Part shown: positions 24,965-35,528 of the stretch, piece by piece
Position numbering within the stretch: the stretch's first letter is position 1
Layout: every line of letters begins with the position of its first letter
DNA from: Podarcis muralis
Taxonomy: Eukaryota
Reading direction: 5' to 3'
NCBI RefSeq assembly: GCF_964188315.1
Contig: NC_135668.1
Location: 22,754,001-22,818,000 of the forward strand
DNA: 64,000 bases
Made by a program: the position numbers and the translations under genes
Notes under the pieces: model-generated
Told to the model about the DNA's origin: nothing
What the model saw: only the letters and a program-made list of their open reading frames with translations
Databases searched by the model: none

Positions 24965-27224
24965 GGTCTGGGGGGCTACTTTTAGATAGAAATCCTCATC
25001 TTCTCTTCACCGAGGGAACCTTTCTCTGGTTTCTAAGCAGAAAACTTGTGCTAACCATATTTACCGGTAAATGTGGATGGAACATAGATCCCCTTCAGAA
25101 AAAACAGTGCTTCTTTCAACTGTGAATTAATCTTCTTTCAACTTGGAGCCCATATCCTATTTCTTGGGTTATCTATACTAGTTTTTCCATCATGCAACAC
25201 CCATCAAAATAAATATTTTAAATCCTCTGAAATCTGGAATAGTATGCTTTTTTCTGCTGTCTGGGCAAGAGACCGAACACAGTGACTAAGTAAGCAGCAA
25301 TCATTTCTTTGAACCTGTTCCAGAGTTGTGTCTCCCTCGGGGTATTAATCTCTGCTTTGTTACTTACCACTTACCAGCTACTTACTTCAGGCCTGATTAG
25401 TATCTGATTTGGACTTAAAACACTCTATGGGTGGCTAACTTGCTTTTCCAACCAATTTATTTTTTGGTTAGCATGACTACAGCATTAATATTTCAAGCAG
25501 AAGGATAAGATTATTTTTTGGGGGGTGGGGGTTAAAAGAAAAAAAGGGGGGCACTTTTAAGGTATAGCCTCTAACCCCAAGCAGAATGAGGTCTAAATAT
25601 GACAGTATCTTTCAATTTTAGTTTCTCTCGGTTTCTCATTTTTTTCCAATCCTAAATTCAGCTCTTCAACATTTCTACATCAGTTTGCAATTTTTTTTAA
25701 AAAAAGTCCTCATGAAAATTCAGCTGCTTTTAAATGCAAATTTATCCTAATGCATATATATTTGTATTCGTTTCCCGCTGATATACACGTTTTCTCCTTA
25801 CACAATGCATGTTTGTATGTTATTTTCACCACACGTGCATTTTTATGCTTATGTTAACCTAGTGTATGCATCGTTGTACAAATTACTTGGTGGGAGAACT
25901 GCACTGCAAAATTCAGAGGTGCCAGACTCTGAAGAATGGCTGTGTTTTGGTTTGGAAAGTGCGAAATAAGTGGATTTGCTTAAAAATAGTGAGAATGTAG
26001 AGAGGACCTTTTCAAAAACATCTTTGTTTAAATTTATGTGTGTGTTTTTAAAGTTGCCGGATCCCAAGGTTCTTTAAAAATGATGCGATGCCTTTTTTAC
26101 CAAGCCAGTAAAAAAGTCATTTTTTTTAAAAAAAATGTTTTGTAAGATAGTTTGAGGCCAAAAACTTACATCTAAATGTTTTATTAAAATAAACAATCCT
26201 CTCTAGCAAAGACCCGCCTACAAGTTGTATCAATCTAAAATTTTTCCCTTCTCTTCCCTTAAGTTTGGGGCAACTTCAAACATTAAAGTTACCTTCCATT
26301 GATCTTACTGCACTGAATTATAAATATTAATGAAGCCCAGGCTAGATAAGGAACTCTCCAACCCGTACCTCTCTCTTTCAGTCTACAACTGTTGCTGTCT
26401 TGCTTGCAGAGAGGGATAGCTGGCTTCCCCAAGGGTCAGTTTCATTCTTATCTGCCCTGAATTACAGGGCTTAATTTGTAGCCAGTGTTGAGATCAAATG
26501 GTGAAACTTGAGAAGAGAAACAGATCAATGCAAAGTATTCTGTGGTTTGATTTGATTTTGCTCTTCCTGCATTCAGGGACTTAGTTTGTAGGGTCTGAGA
26601 TCCAGTGTTGGTGACTGCAAAGTGAGGCAATGCGTCAGTTATTCAAAATTTGGCCCATCAGGGTGGAATATCTTCAGGTCATATGAGCTTAAATTGAGCC
26701 AGGATGTATCTGGGCTTAGCTCCAGAAACAGTAATTTGTGCAAAGGCTCAGTCCTGAATGTGTGTAGAAATATTAATGCCCCATTGATGTTCTCTCGCAT
26801 AAGTGTGTACAGGATTGCACCAGGAGTGCATGCTTTCTACGTGGACTTCCTTACTCTCTTTGTAAGTTAAAGTGTAAACCCCATAGATGTCCTTGTTATA
26901 AATTAAGCCCTGTCAGAAACTATGTATTATGTATAATATAGACAGGGCTGTTTGTTACTTACGCTGGACAACTCAGGAGATTGTAACTCATTGATCAGAG
27001 TTCATGCTTCGCATGCAGAAAGATTGCAGGTTCAGACACTGCTGTCTGCAGGTGGAGCTGGGGGGAAATGGTCTGAAACCCTAGAAAGTCAGTGCAGACA
27101 GTATTTAGCTGCATGGAGGTGGTCATTTGAGGCATTATAAAGCAGCTTCCTCTGTTCCATTCACATTACTGGTTTCACATATGCTGTAAATCGGTTTTCT
27201 TTCTTTTTTTGTAGTTGCAACTTA

Positions 27225-27483
27225 CTATATTTTTCGCTCTATAAGACGCACCAGACCACAAGACGCACCTAGTTTTTGGAGGAGGAAAACAAGAAATAAA
27301 ATATTCTGAATCTCAGAAGCCAGAACAGCAAGAGGGATCGCTGCGCGGTGAAAGCAGCAATCCCTCTTGCTGTTCTGGCTTCTGGGATAGCTGCGCAGCC
27401 TGCATTCGCTCCATAAGACACACACACATTTCCCCTTACTTTTTAGGAGGGAAAAAGTGAGTCTTATAGAGCAAAAAATACGG
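27225..27483. mobile_element. Tc1/mariner-type MITE with TIR C(C/T)GTATTTTT(C/T)GCTCTATAAGAC
   Basis: TA-flanked ~23-bp TIRs and an internal 31-bp inverted repeat. Confidence 0.85.
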
Positions 27484-27586
27484 TATACGTTAGTCATGAA
27501 GTGCATCTATTAAAAATGAATTTACAATGTATGTGAAACCAGTAATACAAAAGGAACGTTAAGAGCTGCCTTAGACTGTGCAGGGT

Positions 27587-28556
27587 TCCCAAAGGGTCAG
27601 GTTGGGTTCCCACGTCTCTACAGATCTCATCACGAATATGGGAACGCCGCAGGGGTGCGTGTTGAGCCCGCTTTTATGTACGCTCTATACAGCTGACTGT
27701 GCCCCCAAATACCCCAGTAATAAGATCATTAAGTTCGCAGATGATACAACGGTGGTTGGTTTAATCACAGCTGGAGAGGGGGAGGCGGCCTATAGGAAGG
27801 AAGTTGAGCAATTGGGGGAGTGGTGCAGGAAAAACAACTTACTCCTTAACTTAAAGAAAACAAAAGAGATCATTGTGGACTTTAGAAAATGTAAATTGAA
27901 TATTCAGCCACTTATTATTGAGGGGAAGTGTGTGGAACAGGTCTCAGTGTTTCGATTTCTGGGAATGGAGTTGAGAAATGACCTAACCTGGGGAGAAAAC
28001 AGCAAAGACCTGGTGAAGAGAGCACAGCAGAGGCTATATTTTTTGAGAGTCCTCCGGAAAAACAATCTCTCAAAGGACCTGTTGATGGCATTTTACCATT
28101 GCACTGTGGAGAGCGTACTAACTTATGGTCTGTGTGTATGGTTTGGGAGCTGCACGGTCAGGGGAAAAACAATGCTATCTAGGGTTGTAAAGACTGCAGA
28201 GAGAATAATTGGGTGCACTCTTCCCACCTTAGATCAAATCTATGCTGCTACGTGCCATAAGAAAGCGGCAGAGATAGCACAGGATAGTACGCACCCCGGA
28301 AATGATCTCTTTCAGCTTCTGCCTTCTGGAAGAAGGTATAGGGTTATAAAGGCCAGGACTAGCCGCCTGAGAAACAGTTTCTATGCAAATGCAATTCTGG
28401 TTCTAAATGCAGCATAAGGGGTTTCTACAGTATAGTGTATTTTAAAATAGGGTTTTAGAGTTTTTAGGGGTTTTTGAATGTTTTATGTAGTTTTAATGTA
28501 GTTTTATGTAGTTTTGCAATTTCATTGTCCTGCATGGGACAATGACAATAAAGATA

Positions 28557-28600
<44 letters not shown>

Positions 28601-28611
28601 ATCTATCTATC
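27587..28611 (+). mobile_element. Rex1/Babar-type non-LTR retrotransposon, 5'-truncated, with uninterrupted RT C-terminal ORF (27578-28417)
   Basis: RT motifs GTPQGCVLSPLL and KFADDTTVVGLI, C-terminal AQQRLYFLRVLRK and LPSGRRYR. The 3' UTR has a hairpin (28522-28545), AATAAA (28547) and a (TATC)n tail. Confidence 0.88.
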
Positions 28612-29121
28612 TGTCATGGGTCCATTTTCAACAGCCTGCATGAAAATGCCGGCCCTAGAACTTGCTGCACAAATAACCGCTGTCTGTAAGTGATTTCATG
28701 CCATCATCATATGATAGTCATATGCCTACCTCTGCTCCCGTTTATAAGCAAAGCAATCAGCATCCTTTAAAGGAGTTAACGGATTTACTGGAATTTGTAC
28801 AAGATTCTTTTTTGGTATGCTTCAAATTAGGTTCTGGTGCTCATTTCTTAGGCTTCATTAAGCTTGTGATCTGACAATGCTGTGGCGCTCACTGCTAGCA
28901 TTTAAAGGAGGCTTACTTTTAATATCCTGATCTATATTTCTTAATATCCTGCAAAGCATTTTTTGGGTAATGCTAATGCCAAACAGCCTACGATGTATCC
29001 AAAGGCCTCAAGCTACATTTTTCCTCCCGATTGACACGGCAGATTTCATCTTCGCCAGTCACAGTTTGCAGTCGGTATGTGTCCCTTTGCAGTTAGTGAT
29101 GTACAACCCATGTTTCCATTA

Positions 29122-29347
29122 CAGTGGTACCTTGGGTTAAGAACTTAATTCATTCTGGAGGTCCGTTCTTAACCTGAAACTGTTCTTAACCTGAGGTACC
29201 ACTTTAGCTAATGGGGCCTCCTGCTGCCATCGCACCACCGTCACACGATTTCTGTTCTCATCCTGAAGCAAAGTTCTTAACCCGAGGTACTATTTCTGGG
29301 TTAGCAGAGTCCGTAACCTGAAGCGTCTGTAACCCAAGGTACCACTG
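29122..29347 (-). mobile_element. Tc1/mariner MITE, main family
   Basis: TA TSD on both sides; same body as 6151. Confidence 0.9.
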
Positions 29348-29762
29348 TACATATTCAGGGTTAGGAACTGACAGAAGGAATATTATTATTTAGGGCAGTG
29401 GTTCCCCATTAGCTAACCCCCTATTTCTGAAAATGTTGATATCTCTGTGGCAGTTTTCAGTAGGTGAATAGTGCCACCATACCTTCCAACATGTCCCAGT
29501 GAAAAACCAGGACATGCATCTTCCAGGCTGTGCTCTTGCTCAAGAGCACAGCCCCCCAAAACGGGATGTCCCTGATGGTTGATAGATATATGCCCAGGAC
29601 CTCTGGGTAGGTTCTGCGGACTCCCTGGTGTCCGCAGACCACCAACTGGCAACCACTGATTTTGAGCATTTGTACCCCACTCCTCAGCCAAAAAGACTTC
29701 TGGGGTGAGTTACATACAATCAGTTAAAACAATCCCATCCCTATCCACATGCTTACAGTCTA

Positions 29763-29806
29763 AAACAAACAAACAAACAAACAAACAAACAAACAAACAA
29801 ACAAAC
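29763..29806. repeat. (AAAC)n microsatellite
   Basis: Direct reading. Confidence 0.96.
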
Positions 29807-30246
29807 ACAGGCACAACACAAGAGAAAGAGGGCAGGGAGGGAAGAGGAAAAGAATCAAACTCAGGCACCAATTCTTAAGCAGTTGTTCTTATAACAACCA
29901 GCTGGCACAGCTCAGGGGCAGGAACTACCTGACAGAGCTGGCCTTTTGGCAAAGCTGATGCAATGAGCCCTGCTTCCCATCTGTCCCACTGAGGCAGTCT
30001 GATGGAATGACTGCCCGCAGATGACAGCTGAGGTAGAGGAGGCCTGGTGGAGCTGGTTTTCCACAGAGCTGATGCAGCGAGTTCTGCTTCCTATCTCATG
30101 CCAATGGACTAGTTCATGTTCCCGATGCCAGATCCCACAGACAAGGTGGCAAAGCTGTTGGGTGAAGTAAGGCAGGGCGAGGTTGGAGGAAAGGCAGGCC
30201 AGACATTGGCAGGACCACAGGTGACTCAAGAGTGAGCCATGTGCTC

Positions 30247-30614
30247 TGACAAGGGTTGGGAGCAGACTGTGGCCTTCTCCAGGCTCCACCCCATAATGGA
30301 GAACATTGAGGGCTTAGAGGGCCAACCCTCTGGCCTGAAGATGAGCACTACTTCTCCTGATTCTCTCCCTGCACTGCTGGACTAGTGACGTGTAGTCGGA
30401 GCCATCTTGTTCCTCAAATTCAGGGGAAGGCTTTTGCCCTGGTAGTCCAGGAGGTTCCTCTGGGTTTTTATGTCTGCCAGCCTCAGTTGCTGTGGCCCCC
30501 TGATCTCCATCAGCCAGCTCAGAGTACATGAACTTCATATCCAACCCCTTAGGAGGTGACTCTGCAGCCTCCGACTCCATGTCTGGATTGCTGCTAGATT
30601 CAGGAGTCATAACA
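30247..30614 (-). mobile_element. LTR-like element (left boundary uncertain, could extend to ~30117)
   Basis: Minus strand begins TGTTATGAC and has the same acidic pseudo-ORF character as the other two. No TSD found. Confidence 0.42.
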
Positions 30615-30926
30615 CAATGTTGCTTTGGTCATTTTTTTAATAGAAAGGTGGTATAAGCTTTAAAAGTAACACACAAAATGGATTCTGGCATCCCTCCACT
30701 TGGGGAGAGGTGTAGCTGAGCGGCAGAGCAGCTGTTCAGCATGCACAAAGTCCCAGGTTTAGTTTCTTGCACTTCCAGTTGAAGCAGGGCTGAGGAGCTT
30801 TTTCTGCCCATGGGCCAGATCCTTACCACCCTACACTTGCTTGACCAAATCTGACACATGGCTGGGGCAACATGGCGTGGCTCATGATAAGGCAGTTTTG
30901 TACATTGAATGGGTGTAGTACCCATT

Positions 30927-30970
30927 GGGTCCATGGGATCACGAAGAGTCGGACACAACTAAACAACAAC
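30927..30970 (+). mobile_element. Minimal 44-bp BovB 3' tail insertion
   Basis: gggtccatgggatcacgaagagtcggacacaactaaacaacaac between 10-bp TSDs AGTACCCATT (30917-30926 and 30971-30980). Confidence 0.88.
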
Positions 30971-32953
30971 AGTACCCATTTTGTGGCTAGAGTGGTCGAG
31001 CCAGGGTGATAGAGTGGTTAGAGTGTAAGACTGGAACCTAGGAGACCAGGGTTCAAAAAAAAAAAAAAAAAAGGGGGGGGGGATATGTATGTGAAAAAAG
31101 AAAATTCCGAATGTGAAGGAGAAGTGACAGACACGGGCTTCTTGTTCATCCTATGACCCACTGAGAAACAGTGTGGTGGCTAAGAGACTGATCTATGAAG
31201 TGCCTGCTTTGACTCTCACCTCTCTCATGAACTCACTAGGTGGCCTTAGGGAAGCTACTCTGTCGTGTTCTCAGTCATCCTATGTGCAAAATGGGTATGG
31301 GTGGGTGTGCGTCATAATATGACAAGCACTTAGACCACTTAAAAGCTCTATAATGGGGAAAGTCAATGTGGTGTCCTCCAGTTGTTTTGGATTACAGTTC
31401 CCCTCATTTCCAGCTCTTGGTTATAATGGCAACTGGAGCCTAAAGGCAAAATTTGCAGTTCTTGCTCTGTCCTCTTTTGCATCTGTCCCTTGCACTATAC
31501 TAACGTAAAGCATTACTGTATTATACTTTCATTTTCATTGAAGCAAAGAGAAATGTGTGGCTTTCTGCCTTTCCCTTTCCAAAATGTTTGCGTTGCTTTG
31601 TTTGTTTTTTATTTAGAACATTGCTCAGACCTACTTTTTAGAAACAATAACCCCAGACTTCAGGTGACTCATCGGAGGAGAAAAGCAGGTTGTGAACATC
31701 TGTGTTTGGTCTGGCGGGGTTTTATTTTATATTGGCCCACTTTTATAGTTCCTGTAAAGCCAGCTTGGGGAAGCGGCTGTAAGTAGATTTACAGTCGTTC
31801 GTTGTGGTGTATCATGTTCAGTTACGAAGTGAAGATAAATTAATATCCATTGCACACAGCGCATGGCAAATTGCCATTTGTGACCCTCTGGAGGTTCTGG
31901 GCACCGTTATGTATTTATACTTTTATCAGGGACCTTTTACTAAAAAGAAAAGAAAGGAAAGATTGAGTCAGTATCCGAACAGTTTTAACAAGCAATCACA
32001 ACAAAACCTTTATTGAAAAGGCCATAGTGCAGTAGTAGCACATCTGCTTTGAAAACATGACCTTGATGGGCCGGTGGTCTGAAGGAATCACGTGGGAAAG
32101 GGCCAAACTCAGTGGTAGAGATCTGTGGATGAAGGGCAGTATACTACCACTACTACTACTAATAATAATAATACCTGCTTGCATAAAGTTCCAGGTACAA
32201 TCCACAACAACTCCAGGTAGAGATGGGAGTGACTTCTGCCAGAAACCCTGGAGAGCAGCTGCCAGTGTTCTGATCATGAATAATGTGCATTTCTCCATTT
32301 TCACCCTAAACCAGGGGTTATGTTCCTGTCTTTATCCCCCCTTCCCCCAATTTTGCTTCCACACTTTTAAAAACAAGAAATTTTTCTGTGCACATTTCAA
32401 ATTCCAAGCTACCTAGACACCATATAAAAATTGCAATTTTCACCCATCTTCCAGTTGAAGCCGGAAACCTCCTATGCCTTTGCATTGTTGCTATAAGGCC
32501 AGCCGTGCTCTGAATGAAAGATCTCACTGGGCAGGTGGCAGCAAAGTGTGTGACTTCTTACAATGCAAAGGATGTTTCCCGGATAATGAGGAAGCTTGTG
32601 TGGTTTCTGTATTGCCGTTCTCTGCTGTTATCAGGCAATGGTTTATGGCAGGACTCATGTGCAGCCCTTTAAATGTACACTCCAGAATGCAGCCCAGATG
32701 CATGTGATTGAACTGGTAACACATGCCAACGCTGGTGATGGAGCACCACACAAACAATCTCCAGAATACGAAGGCCTTGAACTATATCCCCATCCCTATC
32801 CTCAGATATAGACATGGATATATCTGGTTCCAAATGTCTGGATATGGAAAGTTAGCTAGATTGGTGTAAACTGCAAGCCTTCAGGCTACTCAGAATTCTG
32901 TATTAGATCAAATGGAAAAGCAACTCGTTTTTAGGTTGTGTAGGCACTTTAAT

Positions 32954-33233
32954 GCTCACTGGAAGGACAGATTGTGAAGCTGAGGCTCCAATACTTTGGC
33001 CACCTCATGAGAAGAGAAGACTCCCTGGAGAAGACACTGATGCTGGGAAAGATGGAGGGCACACGGAGAAGGGGGCGACAGAAGACAAGATGGTTGGATA
33101 GTGTTTTCGAGGTTACCCGCATGAGTTTGACCAAACTGCGGGAGGCAGTGGAAGACAGAAGTGCCTGGCATGCTCTGGTCCATGGGGTCACGAAGAGTCG
33201 GACATGACTAAACGACTAAACAACAACAACAAC
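32954..33233 (+). mobile_element. BovB (RTE clade) LINE 3' end
   Basis: Encodes KLRLQYFGHLMRREDSLEKTLMLGKMEGTRRRGRQKTRWLD, with tail GGGGTCACGAAGAGTCGGAC...(CAA)n. TSD CACTTTAAT at 32945-32953 and 33237-33245. Confidence 0.95.
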
Positions 33234-33277
33234 AGACACTTTAATAGAAGAGTGTATTGTGGTTGTACACATCATAG

Positions 33278-33622
33278 AAGGTAAATAAAAGGTAAAGGGA
33301 CCCCTGACCATTAGGTCCAGTCGTGACCGGCTCTGGGGTTGCGGCGCTCATCTGGCTTTATTGGCCGAGGGAGCCAATCCAGGTCATGTGGCCAGCATGA
33401 CTAAGCCGCTTCTGGCGAACCAGAGCAGCACACGGAAACACCGTTTACCTTCCCGCCGGAGCGGTACCTATTTATCTAGTTGCACTTTGACGTGCTTTAG
33501 AACTGCTAGGTTGGCAGGAGCAGGGACCAAGCAACAGGAGCTCACCCTGTCACGGGGATTCGAACCACCGACCTCCTGATCAGCAAGTGCTAGGCTCTGT
33601 GGTTTAACCCACAGCGCCACCC
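33278..33622 (-). mobile_element. Sauria SINE, subfamily A
   Basis: Reverse complement of the same consensus, with a small internal deletion and a few 5' nt missing. Confidence 0.9.
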
Positions 33623-34537
33623 AAAGCATTTTGTTGGACCCATTTAGTTACCATAGGCAATATTCAATTTTTTAAGTTTCACAAAGCTATTTTATCAAGC
33701 ACAGTGTGGTTGTTTGGCAGCTGTGTTTAAAAGTAGGCTGACAATTATCAGTCATTTGTGGGTTTTTTCTGACTTCAAGTGTCTGGGTGTGTTTGTAAGT
33801 AAGAAATGGGAGCTTTAAAAAAATGTATTCTCAGTCTTTCTCCTTTTAAATCCCGGTTCCAAAAGATAGCTTCTAGCTTGGCACTTGGAACAGAAGGAAG
33901 GATCTTGCTTCTGAAAGATGGTGTAGGGTTTATTCCCCCTCCCCAAATGCAAGGGGGAGTGGGGGTGAAAATTCTGTTTTAGCCTAATTAGTTTCCCAGT
34001 AAATATAAATCTCACGGCTTTTCTGCTGATTGGACGAGGGGGGAAAAACATCGCTTCATGAGGTCATTGCGTAATAATGTAAATGAAAGATTAAACTGGA
34101 GCCCGTTCAACTTTTCCAATTCACAGCTGGATTTGAAATGCCTTGGGAATTGAGTGACCTTGGGCTTCCCTTACTGTAAAGTTTCTCTTCAGAGAGCTGG
34201 CTTCCTTCTTAGAGCTCTTGGTAGCTTCATCAAGCTCAAGGCACCGCAAGGAAGGAAATTCTGGGAGCCTTTCACAGGCACCAATAAGAAGAAAAACATC
34301 ATCAGCAGCACTTTAGAGCCCACAGTTAAAAACTGTTTATTCTGCTAGATACAGCTTAGTCCTTCCAAACACCACCAAATTTGTGTTTGTGTAATTGGTT
34401 GCTGCACAAATTGGTATGTTTGTATATCATAGTCTAAAACCTTTTTCCTATTTTATGTATCACAAATCTTTCTGAATCTTGCTCTAATCAGCTGTGTCTC
34501 CTAGTATTTGAGACTTGTCTTCTGGTGGGTGGAATTG

Positions 34538-34758
34538 GAGAGCCAGTGTGGTGTAGTGGTTAAGAGCGGTAGTCTCGTAATCTGGGGAACCGGGTTCTTG
34601 TCTCCGCTCCTCCACATGCAGCTGCTGGGTGACATTGGGCCAGTCACACTTCTCTGAAGTCTCTCAGCCCCACTCACCTCACAGAGTGTTTGTTGTGGGG
34701 GAGGAAGGGAAAGGAGAATGCTAGCCGCTTTGAGACTCCTGAAGGGGAGTGAAAGGCG
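34538..34758 (+). mobile_element. CORE/MIR-related SINE (Squam3-like), tail lost in the gap
   Basis: tRNA-like head gccagtgtggtgtagtggttaagagc, CORE-like gggtgacattgggccagtcac, L2-like 3' region. It runs directly into the N gap. Confidence 0.8.
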
Positions 34759-34889
34759 NNNNNNNNNNNNNNNNNNNNNNNNNNNNNNNNNNNNNNNNNN
34801 NNNNNNNNNNNNNNNNNNNNNNNNNNNNNNNNNNNNNNNNNNNNNNNNNNNNNNNNNNNNNNNNNNNNNNNNNNNNNNNNNNNNNNNNN
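34759..34889. other. Assembly gap (131 N)
   Basis: Run of n. Confidence 0.99.
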
Positions 34890-35528
34890 AATATTATATT
34901 GGAGAATCAAAGGAGAAATACAGAGAAATCACAGGGAACTTTAAAATACAGAACAAAACAAGGGTTCACCATCATTACACTATGAGGGGATACAGAGCTG
35001 AGAGCACATAAATAGGGAAAATCCTGCAGCTAAATCAAGTCTGAGGATGAAAGGAAAGGATGCTAAAGGAACATTTGTTACAGCATTGAACACATATGGT
35101 TAATAACAAGTAAAATTGTTTTCCGCACTAATGTGCCATCCACGTATGCCTGAAACGTACATCCACCAAGTGGATGCAAAGTCCATTCTCCTGGCTGTTT
35201 CCCTAGTTATTTGGAGAGCAAACCTTATTTAACAGATATTTGAAGAAAAACATGAGGCCTCCTTCCACCCTGAGCTATAATGAAATGAGGAGCAACCTAC
35301 AAGTAAATTGCCAGAAGTTTACACACAAGTTCTGCATTAAAATAATCAAAAATAGACAATAGGCACGACTTGAGTCCATACCAATGGGCAATGTATTCAG
35401 CAAATTGTTATCAATATCAAAATATTATTTATTTGTTCATTTCGTTCATGAAGCCTTACTATGGAACATCTGAAAGGGATTTCACAGTACAATAAAAGCT
35501 TATATTAAACAGTTGGATATATTAAAAA

